Part shown: positions 9,226 through 17,938 of the stretch, in pieces
How the letters are laid out: every line of letters starts with the position of its first letter
How positions within the stretch are numbered: position 1 is the first letter of the stretch
Origin: Acholeplasma laidlawii PG-8A
Lineage (GTDB): Bacteria; Bacillota_I; Bacilli_A; Acholeplasmatales; Acholeplasmataceae
Assembly: GCF_000018785.1 (NCBI RefSeq)
Contig: NC_010163.1
Location: forward strand, 750,001-782,000
DNA: 32,000 nt
Reading direction: 5' to 3'
The notes under the pieces: model-generated
Seen by the model: the letters and a program-made list of their open reading frames with translations, nothing else
The model's database searches: none
What the model was told of the DNA's origin: nothing
Program-made: the position numbers and the translations under genes

Positions 9226-11254
9226 TTCTAATCAACTCCTTAATAATTGCATCTAAGAATAGATAGAGTTGTTGCCACATGGTGATGATGATGATTAAGA
9301 CAACAACAATGATAATTGCAAACAGTAAACTCATAAATATACTTCGTATGGTTTCCTTACCAGAATATTCATGTATTTCACTAATGCCTAGATAAATTAA
9401 TATGAACGACCAAATGGTGCCAAAAGTCATTATAAAATCTAAGAAAAAGACTTCATTATATGTAAGTACGTGTGATAGTAGTGTAACGAGTAATAAAGCT
9501 AAGAATAAAGGTCCTAGAGCATATACAAACATCATAAAGATCTGTTTAAGTTTACCGATACCATCATTAATTGATGTATCTAAATAATTACAGATTACAA
9601 ACAATAAGGTTACTGCTGTAAACCCTAAAACAAGTGCAGTGATATCAATATCTTCTACTAATATGTATTGATAGATGAACCCTTTAGATGTATTAAAGAA
9701 AATAAAGGTGATAAAGATAGCTACATATAAAATGAGTGTGGCTCTAAAAGAACCTTGATGTCCATGTTTTAAGTCTTCAAAACTATCGATTGGTTTTCTC
9801 ATGACTTTAAACATGAAACTTAATTCTCTTAAGATAGGTTTATCAAATGATTTTTTAATCGGTTGTGTGAATTGAGTTACTTTACCTGTTTTTTTATCTA
9901 CTTTATGTAATACTAAATTACTAAAGTAAATAAAGATAAGTGCAATAATAAATATACCTAAATAACTTTGTATCACAAGATTTCTAACTTCCCAGGATGC
10001 TTCTGAATAACCTGTACGATTACCTGCAAGTTCAAAATGATGCATTGCAGATTCATAATCCTGTAACTGTAGATAAGATTTTGCAATGTTATTATGAGCA
10101 ATCACAGACATTTGATTTAAATTAAGTACTTCGCTCCATGCATCAATAGCTTCTTGGTATAATCTGTCTTCATATAGATTAATAGCTCTATATATTTCTT
10201 TTGCATATGCGGTTGGTTCAAAGGATTGTAGAAATGATTTTGCATCATCTAAGGCAAATATAACACCATCATCTCGTACTGCAATCGAAGAAAGTCTTTG
10301 GAAGACACCAGAGATATCTTGATTTGAGGAGATATCAGAGTTACTTGCACCAAAATAGAAAATAAAATCACCGGTTTGATCATATACAAATATAGCACCT
10401 GATTGCATACCGGCATATACGATACCTTCTTTGTCAACATAAATATCTCTTGCATCATCAAAAGATATCATACGTTTGAAAATATTACCGCCTTGTGTGT
10501 TATGTTTTTTAACAGCATTGAAATAAGTACTCATCGTTGTAGTATAAACCATCGAGTTATCGTCGATAAATATGCTTGAGAATGTTTGTGGACTTCTCGC
10601 AAGTAAATTATCAAACTGTTCTGGTGTTAGTATGAGTTTTTGAAATTGTTGAACGACTGAAAGTCTGATTTTATTTGTTGTGAAAAATCCTAAGAATTCA
10701 CCAATGTTAGATAATTGGATAATACCGTTTGAAACACCTTCACCATAGATATATAAATTTCCGCGATTATCCACTGCGATTTTACTTGGTTCAAAACTCG
10801 TTTCACCAAATGATAAGGAATCCGGACGTTCAAATTTTTCAATAAAAGTACCATCAAGATCAAATCTAAAAACTGCTTTAGCTGCACTATCTGCAACATA
10901 TAATCCACGACTGGAAATATATAAACCTTTAGGTGCTAAAAATTCAGGATAGGTCAGTTCGAATAATAACTCATTTGTTACTGAGTCATATTTTAAAATA
11001 CGCATATTTCCAGTATCGGCTATCCATAAAAACCCATCATCATCAAACATCATATCTTCTGGTTTGTTTAAATTTAATTCCATTGTAGTTCTTAGTGGTA
11101 AATACGCATCTTGAGTTCTTACAAACTCGCCCTTCGCATTTAAAGTCAACGTATAACTTGTAGCTGCTGATGCAAATACTGGTGTGGCGTATATGACTAT
11201 GAATGCAACTATGAATAGTAAAATTGTAATTATTCTTTTAGTATTTTTCATCAT
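9212..11254 (-). CDS. Signal peptide - NHL-type beta-propeller - TPR - TM - Yip1-like 5-TM domain fusion protein
   Basis: Signal peptide ending VFASAAT. Repeated blade motifs are present (DGFLWIADTGNMRILKYD, RGLYVADSAAKAVFRFD, RGNLYIYGEGVSNGIIQL, EGIVYAGMQSGAIFVYD, DGVIFALDDAKSFLQSF). A TPR-like segment (YQEAIDAWSEVLNLN...AKSYLQLQDYESAMHHFELAG) follows. Then come one TM, a basic linker and five further TM helices in a Yip1-like arrangement. Confidence 0.7.
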   Translation of the reverse strand: MMKNTKRIITILLFIVAFIVIYATPVFASAATSYTLTLNAKGEFVRTQDAYLPLRTTMELNLNKPEDMMFDDDGFLWIADTGNMRILKYDSVTNELLFELTYPEFLAPKGLYISSRGLYVADSAAKAVFRFDLDGTFIEKFERPDSLSFGETSFEPSKIAVDNRGNLYIYGEGVSNGIIQLSNIGEFLGFFTTNKIRLSVVQQFQKLILTPEQFDNLLARSPQTFSSIFIDDNSMVYTTTMSTYFNAVKKHNTQGGNIFKRMISFDDARDIYVDKEGIVYAGMQSGAIFVYDQTGDFIFYFGASNSDISSNQDISGVFQRLSSIAVRDDGVIFALDDAKSFLQSFEPTAYAKEIYRAINLYEDRLYQEAIDAWSEVLNLNQMSVIAHNNIAKSYLQLQDYESAMHHFELAGNRTGYSEASWEVRNLVIQSYLGIFIIALIFIYFSNLVLHKVDKKTGKVTQFTQPIKKSFDKPILRELSFMFKVMRKPIDSFEDLKHGHQGSFRATLILYVAIFITFIFFNTSKGFIYQYILVEDIDITALVLGFTAVTLLFVICNYLDTSINDGIGKLKQIFMMFVYALGPLFLALLLVTLLSHVLTYNEVFFLDFIMTFGTIWSFILIYLGISEIHEYSGKETIRSIFMSLLFAIIIVVVLIIIITMWQQLYLFLDAIIKELIRNVFN

Positions 11255-11259
11255 ATCAC

Positions 11260-12135
11260 CTACTTAATCCCTGCATGAGCCATAGTGTTCATAACCCTAG
11301 ACTGCATAATGATAAAAATAATTAAATTCGGTAAGAACATTATTAATCCGGCAGCTGCAGCCATACCAACACCTGCTAGTGCAGAACCTGTGTTTGCCAG
11401 TGCTAACGTATTTAAATAAAATGCAAAGGACTTCATAGATTCATCCTGAATGTATAAATTAGATGCTTCAACTGCTCCCCATGTAGCTTGAAAGGTTAAA
11501 ATAGCTACTGTCGCAATCGCATTTTTAGTGAGTGGATAGATTATTTTAAATAGGATCTGAAAGTCATTTGCCCCATCGATTCTTGCAGCTTCAATTAATG
11601 CATCTGGAACTTGATCAATAAACTGTTTCATTAAAAATACATTCACTGGTACTGCTAAATAAGGCAGTATATGAACAAGTGGATTATTATTCAAACCAAC
11701 TTGAACAATAATAAAATAAGTTGGAATCACAACTGCTGTTCTAACAAACATTAGGGCAGTTTGATTTAAACCAAATAACGCCTTTTTAGCTCTGAAGTGT
11801 TTCTTTGATAGCACATAGCCTGTCATGACACTTAAAAATATTGTTAAAAATACAAGAATGATTGTTACTACCAGTGTATTAAATAAGTATCGGATTAAAG
11901 GAACCCCGGTAGATGTAGCTGTTCTAAAGAGTTCAGTAAAATTTCCGAAAGTAGGATTTTGAACAAAGAATCTTGGAGGAAATAAGAATAATTCATCTAA
12001 AGGTTTAAATGCTTGATTAATTATAAATAGTACAGGAAGTAACATAAATATAGCCATCGGAAGCAAGATTAGATAAAAAGGGATTTGTGATTTAGAAAAA
12101 CTCGTTGGATTTATTTTAGTTCCTTGAAAACTCAT
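11260..12135 (-). CDS. Carbohydrate ABC transporter permease (pair 2, MalG-like)
   Basis: EAA loop LIEAARIDGANDFQILFKIIYP, six predicted TM segments, and an AGGAGGGGTGA SD upstream. Confidence 0.9.
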   Translation of the reverse strand: MSFQGTKINPTSFSKSQIPFYLILLPMAIFMLLPVLFIINQAFKPLDELFLFPPRFFVQNPTFGNFTELFRTATSTGVPLIRYLFNTLVVTIILVFLTIFLSVMTGYVLSKKHFRAKKALFGLNQTALMFVRTAVVIPTYFIIVQVGLNNNPLVHILPYLAVPVNVFLMKQFIDQVPDALIEAARIDGANDFQILFKIIYPLTKNAIATVAILTFQATWGAVEASNLYIQDESMKSFAFYLNTLALANTGSALAGVGMAAAAGLIMFLPNLIIFIIMQSRVMNTMAHAGIK

Positions 12136-12150
12136 ATCATCACCCCTCCT

Positions 12151-13080
12151 TTAATCTTTTTCCGCAAATAAGCGGTATGCTATTTTAGAAAATACCCATA
12201 TTAGTAAAAGTAAAACTACTGATAATGCCGCAGCATAGCCCATTTCATAGCGAATAAATCCAAAATCATCAATATGGTTTGTGATTAGCTGTGCTGCATT
12301 TTGAGGTGTTGGATTAGATCCAGATAATGCAACGCCAATATATCCGTTTGTGAAAGTTGCCACGATCGCCATAACAGCTCCGAATAACATTTGAGGTTTC
12401 ATCATTGGTATTGTTACATAGACAACTTCTTGAAATTTATTACGAATCCCTTCAATATAAGCTGCCTCATAAAGTTCTTCATTCCCATTTAATATACCAG
12501 CCAACATTGCTAAAAACCCTACACCCATACTACTCCATAGAGCAACTACGATAATAATTGGCATTAAATATTGTGGTGATTGTAGAAACTGTATCGGTCG
12601 GTCCAATATATTCATATCCATCAAAATAGCATTAATATAACCGGATTCATCACCTGAAAAAAGTGTACGCCAAACAACTGAAATAAATACTCCACCTACC
12701 ATGGAAGGTGAATAAACTGCCAGTGCAATGATCGTTCTTGGTACTACTTGTATTTGTGCGAGCATCCATGCAAGTAGGAAAGATAGCATGTAGCCACCTG
12801 GTCCAACAATTAGTGAAAACATTAATGTATTTGGTAAAATATATTTTAAAAATACTGGGTCTTGTGTAAATATATTAATGAAATTTGTTAATCCCAAGTA
12901 TTGAGGCATTTCAATTACATTAAAGGATGTTAAAGATAGGTAAATTGCAATTGCTACAGGAAATGCTATAAATAAACTAAATAACAAGACATAGGGTAGT
13001 AACATGAAAAATACTGTGAGGCTATCTTTAAACTTTGCATTTTTGAAAAATACATTTTTACGCTTAATCGTTTGATCCAT
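12151..13080 (-). CDS. Carbohydrate ABC transporter permease (pair 2, MalF/LplB-like)
   Basis: EAA-like loop [23 protein letters not shown]. The track start is 13098, but the ATG at 13080 (MDQTIKRK...) is preceded by an AGGAGG SD at 6 nt spacing, so I prefer it. It overlaps the upstream stop (13064) by 17 nt. Confidence 0.85.
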   Translation of the reverse strand: MDQTIKRKNVFFKNAKFKDSLTVFFMLLPYVLLFSLFIAFPVAIAIYLSLTSFNVIEMPQYLGLTNFINIFTQDPVFLKYILPNTLMFSLIVGPGGYMLSFLLAWMLAQIQVVPRTIIALAVYSPSMVGGVFISVVWRTLFSGDESGYINAILMDMNILDRPIQFLQSPQYLMPIIIVVALWSSMGVGFLAMLAGILNGNEELYEAAYIEGIRNKFQEVVYVTIPMMKPQMLFGAVMAIVATFTNGYIGVALSGSNPTPQNAAQLITNHIDDFGFIRYEMGYAAALSVVLLLLIWVFSKIAYRLFAEKD

Positions 13081-16054
13081 GATAGCCTCCTGATGCATCT
13101 AACATTTGATTTCTAACCCATGTAATATCTCTAATTACATATGGTTTTATTAGGTTTCCTTCATTATCAAGAAAACCAAATTCAATCATTTTCTTTCGCA
13201 TTTCTCTGTTTATTAAAATGGTATATCTGTCTACAGCAATACCTGTAGGTGTTCCATCAAACACTGCTGTATTCCATATATCTGAAATCGATCTTTCTAA
13301 CATATATTGACCAGGTGTTCTCGGTACATCTATTAACCATTTAATTTGTTCTAAAATTACTTCTTTATCTTTTTCGGAAAAAGGTGATGCCATAAATGCA
13401 TTAATATTACCAGAAATCCATGCATAAGTAGGTCCATAAGTAGACTGTAAATTAAATGAAAATTGTGATTGAGTTTCAGTTGACATCCACCACTTTAAAA
13501 AATCCCATGCATCATCAGGTTGATCAGTTTCATTCATAATCATACCTGCTGTACCATTAGCAATATAGTGACGGTTCGTACCAGCTGCTTCAGTAGTTAT
13601 ACTAGGATAAGGTGCTATTTCCCACATCCCAGTTAATTCAGGTGCAGCATTTTTAATAAGTTGATAAGTTCCAAAGTCCGCGATTCCAATTGGTAGTGTT
13701 GCATATCTAAATGAATTATAAAATGAAACTACTTGCTCAGGTAAAGCATAGTTTGTAAATAATTGATTTAAGAAAGTTAAACCTTGAACGGCTTCTTTTT
13801 CATTAATACTTGTTCTTAAGCCATCTTCAGAGTAAATATTACCACCAAATTGATATATAAACCCAGAGGTTTGATAAAACCACTTAATTGCAGTTCCACC
13901 TGCAATTGGATGGTAGAAATTCATACCATACTTTTGTAATTCAGGTAGAATTTGAATCACTTCTTCCCATGTATCTGGTACCATAAAATTTAAAGCATCA
14001 AATATATCTTTTCTATACATGACAACATTAAAGTCCAAAGTTTCAGGTAATGCATAAGCTTTATCATTTAAAATATAAGGAACAAATGCGCCTGGTGCAA
14101 ATTGTGATGCGAATTCCCAATAATCATCAAAACTGGTTAAGTCATACGCTGAATTTCTAATTGCTAAGTCAAAAGGCATATAACTTGCTAGTCCTAGTGC
14201 AACATCCGGCTGTTGATTTGCAGCAGATGCCATAACAAGTTTATTTGCATCAGGCATTACTGAAATCTTAACTTGAATACCAGTTTGAGGTGTAAATGTT
14301 TGATCTGCCATCTTTTGCATCATATCTACATAAGTTATGGGTCTGTTTACCCAAACATCTAAAACACCATCTTCTTTAGTTAAGGCATATTTATTCGAAC
14401 TAAAACTTGCGATAAATGATTGTGTTCCAGCATAAAGTGATTCAAAAATATTCGGATTTGCCTTTCTCAATCGCGTGTTATTATATAAATGCAATTGATT
14501 CAAATACATTTGTTGATTATTTAGTGTATCTAAAATATCACCTAAAAATTGATTAATAGAGCCAGTTCCCCCAACAAGATCCTCTAAATATAATGGCAAT
14601 CTATTGTAATCTTTATAGATGTTTTCTGCTCTTGATAATGATTTTTGAAGGTTACTAATTGTTGCTGATTTTGCACCATTTGGTGCAAACAAACTGAGTT
14701 CATCAATACTAGCCTTTAGAAGTAAGATATAACTTTCCAAATATGCCTTAGATTCAGGCATTTGTTCACTAAATCTCCAAGTTCTATTCTTATCAACTTC
14801 TTTACCTGTAATTTTTCTGATTTCCAAAGTAAATGTATTGATATGATCTATAAGCATTTGTATGTTTCTAACAGCTTCTTGAACGGGTTCGCTTTCCGCT
14901 CTTAAAGTAATTGTATTTTTACCTGATTGGAAATAAAAATAGTAATCTGTTTGTTCATTGCCCAATGTTTCTACGCGCCAATTGCCTGCTTTTGTAGATT
15001 TAAACTGGTATGCTCTTACTTCATTAAACGGAATCTGTCCATTAATTTTAATAGATCTAAAAACAGGAAAATCAGCTTTAGGATTAGAATATCTAAATGC
15101 CAGTTTATAAAGGCCTGATTTTTCTACGTTGACTTCATAGGTTAAAGATTGACCTGGACGTTGCCAAGTTCTTCCGTCAATTACATTTAACTTTTTATAA
15201 ACTGGGTCAAAAGGTAAAACACTAGGATTTACCTCACTGTATGCTTGTACATAACTTGAGTTTTTATAACTATAATTGGTTGCATCTATATCAATAATTC
15301 CATCAATAATCTCATAGTTGTTTTGGTTAATATATGTATCGTAGTCGATTTGTAAAACAGGTTTAAATACATCAATATCTCCTATTATAAATTTAGAGGA
15401 GGATGTATTTTCAATGGTTAGTTGATTTAAACCTTGTTTAAAATAAAATAAGAGTGGATCAATAGAAATATAGGTATTATTATATGCAGCTACATACTGC
15501 CAATCATCCATAATTATTTGATTTGGCAACACTTCATCACCATAGCGATCTGTCAGATAATTTTTTGACTCATCTTGCCAAATGATAGGTAGTTCGATAG
15601 TCTGCATTTCTTGATAATAACTTTCATCATTAATTTTTAGTGCAATAGTAATTTGATTCAGTGTAGCATTCGATACTTTATAGTTCATACCTACATGATA
15701 ATAACCAGCTTCTTGTATTTCTATTTCGTAAGTAGCTATTTTATCTTTTGTCATTATCAAACTATATTGCATATTCTCTGAATCTATTAATGCATCAGAG
15801 TTTGTTAAACTTGCTGTAATTGTACTTAAGCCATAATCAACATTTTGTTGATGATCGCTTAAATAATCGACATACGTATATCTTGCATTATTAATGGATG
15901 CATTTAATAGTGTTTTTGTTTCTGAAACTAAATCATTTGTTATAGTTCCATCTGGCTTATAAATTGAAGTACCTCTTGTAAAGTAAATGATAGCAAAAAC
16001 TAATAAAACAGTCGCTAAACCCCAAACAATAGATCGTTTAATTTTACCCATCAT
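13064..16054 (-). CDS. Membrane-anchored tandem CBM-like / helical linker / solute-binding-protein fusion (996 aa)
   Basis: N-terminal TM ([17 protein letters not shown]). Two internally repeated beta-sandwich-like modules follow: aa ~95-230 ([21 protein letters not shown]...[14 protein letters not shown]) and aa ~250-390 ([21 protein letters not shown]...[17 protein letters not shown]). A helical stretch of about 170 aa comes next. From about aa 560 there is a family-1-type sugar SBP domain ([21 protein letters not shown]...). A GGGAGG SD lies upstream. Confidence 0.75.
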   Translation of the reverse strand: MMGKIKRSIVWGLATVLLVFAIIYFTRGTSIYKPDGTITNDLVSETKTLLNASINNARYTYVDYLSDHQQNVDYGLSTITASLTNSDALIDSENMQYSLIMTKDKIATYEIEIQEAGYYHVGMNYKVSNATLNQITIALKINDESYYQEMQTIELPIIWQDESKNYLTDRYGDEVLPNQIIMDDWQYVAAYNNTYISIDPLLFYFKQGLNQLTIENTSSSKFIIGDIDVFKPVLQIDYDTYINQNNYEIIDGIIDIDATNYSYKNSSYVQAYSEVNPSVLPFDPVYKKLNVIDGRTWQRPGQSLTYEVNVEKSGLYKLAFRYSNPKADFPVFRSIKINGQIPFNEVRAYQFKSTKAGNWRVETLGNEQTDYYFYFQSGKNTITLRAESEPVQEAVRNIQMLIDHINTFTLEIRKITGKEVDKNRTWRFSEQMPESKAYLESYILLLKASIDELSLFAPNGAKSATISNLQKSLSRAENIYKDYNRLPLYLEDLVGGTGSINQFLGDILDTLNNQQMYLNQLHLYNNTRLRKANPNIFESLYAGTQSFIASFSSNKYALTKEDGVLDVWVNRPITYVDMMQKMADQTFTPQTGIQVKISVMPDANKLVMASAANQQPDVALGLASYMPFDLAIRNSAYDLTSFDDYWEFASQFAPGAFVPYILNDKAYALPETLDFNVVMYRKDIFDALNFMVPDTWEEVIQILPELQKYGMNFYHPIAGGTAIKWFYQTSGFIYQFGGNIYSEDGLRTSINEKEAVQGLTFLNQLFTNYALPEQVVSFYNSFRYATLPIGIADFGTYQLIKNAAPELTGMWEIAPYPSITTEAAGTNRHYIANGTAGMIMNETDQPDDAWDFLKWWMSTETQSQFSFNLQSTYGPTYAWISGNINAFMASPFSEKDKEVILEQIKWLIDVPRTPGQYMLERSISDIWNTAVFDGTPTGIAVDRYTILINREMRKKMIEFGFLDNEGNLIKPYVIRDITWVRNQMLDASGGYHGSND

Positions 16055-16083
16055 GATAAAAAACCTCCCTTTTTCATTATGAA

Positions 16084-16107
16084 GGCACCAAACAATTGTC
16101 TAGTGCC
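16084..16107 (-). promoter_or_regulatory. Intercistronic RNA stem-loop between the SBP gene and the downstream transporter genes
   Basis: The minus-strand RNA GGCACUAGACAAUUGUUUGGUGCC folds into a 10-bp stem (8 Watson-Crick pairs plus 2 G-U) with an AAUU loop. On the plus strand the two G-U pairs become C-A mismatches, so the structure is specific to the transcribed strand. There is no U-tract, so it is not a strong terminator. Confidence 0.5.
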
Positions 16108-16133
16108 AACATAATAAAGATTACTAAAATTTA

Positions 16134-17765
16134 TTATTTAAAATCAGCGTCTGTCTTGCCGTAATGTGTTTTAAGTCCGGCTTTCAACTTAGCCCATTCA
16201 TCAGCAAATCTTTGGTTTACCTGTGTATTCCATTCAGGCAACTTAGCTAATACAGCATTTGTAAATCCAGCATCTGTACGACGTGGAGAAGTAGCTTCAG
16301 GGTTACCAGTTAAGACGGTTGGTAAGTTAAAGTTATTCCATTCATATAGAATTTCAGATCTTACACCATCTTTATCGTAATACCAAGGGTAAGCTTTATC
16401 AGAGACGTCAATAACTTTACCTGATGAGAATACTTCCATCATATAGTGGAAACCAGGGAATTGTTCTTTATCTGCAAGCATTGTATGATTTTCTGCAGAG
16501 AACCAAATATCCATTTGACGTTCAAATGCAGCACCAGTTACTAGAGGTACAGAGTCATTCATAGCAGTTTTAACTGTAGCACCATTTGTATACATTTGGT
16601 CAGCTCTTGCTTGCCATGCACGGTCATCACCAATCCAGAATGATGCAAATGTATAAGCAATTTGTAATTTATTAAATTCTTCATCAGATAATTCTGAATT
16701 ATTATCATCTAAAGCATAATTATGAATTGCAAGTGGGTCAAGTACTACACCTACTGTATTATCAACGTAATCTGTACTAGGTCTTGGATAAATATCCCAA
16801 TTGTTTGATTGAACAGCACCCCAATGTAATGGATCAGGGTTTGCAGCATCACCTAACATCCAAGGATCTCCATCAAGTGTTAATAATGCACCATTTTTAA
16901 AGAAGTTGAAACTCCACCAACCATTAGCATCCATAAATGGAGCCATTGGGTCGCCTACTTTATCAAATTGTGGCCATACTGAGTGTTCTGACCATTCAGC
17001 GATATAAGGAATTAATGATCTAACTTGTGCAGAATTAAGATCAATATATGGATCATTTCCAGTATGATTAACAAGTGATTGTGCCATTGTAGTTGATCCT
17101 GTGAATATAAAACTCTTTGGAGTATCCATAGAACCATACCAAGAATTAGCTACAGAATGGCTAACAAAGTCTGTATATTCATCAATTGTCCAATCTGGAT
17201 CAGGAATATCAATATTGTTATCATCTGCTAATTGCTTATTGATATATACGCCCCAAGGTTGTAAGAATTGTGGTAAACCAGCTTGAACTCCATAGTAATT
17301 CATCATGCTCATAATACCTTTATTAAATGATTTATACATAGGGTCATCACTAAATACAGATAAGTCTGATACCATACCACGTTGAACTTCACCAGGTAAA
17401 TCTGTTGATGCCCATATATCAATTGTTTTACCATGTTCTAAAATGAAGTTTTCTCTAAACTGAGACCAACTCACACCATCATCATGTGGACCATTGACTT
17501 TAGTGATAACATTGATCTTAACATTTGGATAATCTTTGTTAAACTCTTTAGCTACTGCATAAATAGTTGCAGCATTTTGAGAGACTAACTGATCAGGTGT
17601 TAGATTTTTCTTACCGATATCTTGGTAGAATTCTCCGTCTCCTGACCACAACATAATTGTAATTTCACCACTAGCCGCTTTATCTAATCCTTTATAACTA
17701 GGACCACAAGCTACTAATAGTAATACTACCATTGCAAGTAAACTTGAAACAAAAATCTTTTTCAT
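16134..17765 (-). CDS. Extracellular sugar-binding lipoprotein (ABC transporter SBP, long ~540-aa class)
   Basis: Signal peptide with the lipobox LLLVAC. The composition is aromatic- and Trp-rich, as in SBPs. It is the first gene after a promoter, with an AGGAGGA SD at 17771-17777. Confidence 0.85.
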   Translation of the reverse strand: MKKIFVSSLLAMVVLLLVACGPSYKGLDKAASGEITIMLWSGDGEFYQDIGKKNLTPDQLVSQNAATIYAVAKEFNKDYPNVKINVITKVNGPHDDGVSWSQFRENFILEHGKTIDIWASTDLPGEVQRGMVSDLSVFSDDPMYKSFNKGIMSMMNYYGVQAGLPQFLQPWGVYINKQLADDNNIDIPDPDWTIDEYTDFVSHSVANSWYGSMDTPKSFIFTGSTTMAQSLVNHTGNDPYIDLNSAQVRSLIPYIAEWSEHSVWPQFDKVGDPMAPFMDANGWWSFNFFKNGALLTLDGDPWMLGDAANPDPLHWGAVQSNNWDIYPRPSTDYVDNTVGVVLDPLAIHNYALDDNNSELSDEEFNKLQIAYTFASFWIGDDRAWQARADQMYTNGATVKTAMNDSVPLVTGAAFERQMDIWFSAENHTMLADKEQFPGFHYMMEVFSSGKVIDVSDKAYPWYYDKDGVRSEILYEWNNFNLPTVLTGNPEATSPRRTDAGFTNAVLAKLPEWNTQVNQRFADEWAKLKAGLKTHYGKTDADFK

Positions 17766-17807
17766 ACTTTTCCTCCTATTTGGAATGTATAATTAATAGA
17801 CATTTTT

Positions 17808-17836
17808 ATTATATCACCTTATGAAAACGATTACAA
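17808..17836 (-). promoter_or_regulatory. Sigma-A-type promoter of the transporter operon
   Basis: In the gene orientation: TTGTAA (17836-17831), a 17-nt spacer, then the extended -10 TGATATAAT (17816-17808). It lies about 40 nt upstream of the SBP ATG. Confidence 0.55.
17822..17835. promoter_or_regulatory. cre-like / LacI-family-type operator overlapping the -35 and spacer
   Basis: TGAAAACGATTACA matches the cre consensus TGWNANCGNTNWCA at every specified position. Its reverse complement contains AATCGTTTTC. Confidence 0.55.
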
Positions 17837-17854
17837 CTATAGTATTCATCATTT

Positions 17855-17890
17855 TACAACGTTTTCGTATTTTACTAAATCGTTTTCTCA
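17855..17890. promoter_or_regulatory. Two further operator-like boxes upstream of the promoter
   Basis: TACAACGTTTTCGTA (17855-17869) and AAATCGTTTTCTCA (17877-17890). The second shares the 12-mer AAATCGTTTTCT with the box at 26087-26098. Confidence 0.4.
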
Positions 17891-17938
17891 AAAATGGTCA
17901 TTTTTCCGCAAAACTGTTAGTTTTTAACTGGATGTTTC

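Noticed and set aside
17891-17938. Possible terminator between the GH30 gene and the transporter promoter (AAAAATG-gt-CATTTTT and AAAACT-aac-AGTTTT palindromes).
   Set aside because: The stems are only 6-7 bp, all A/T-rich, with loops of 2-3 nt and no G/C clamp. They are too weak to call, so read-through is more likely.
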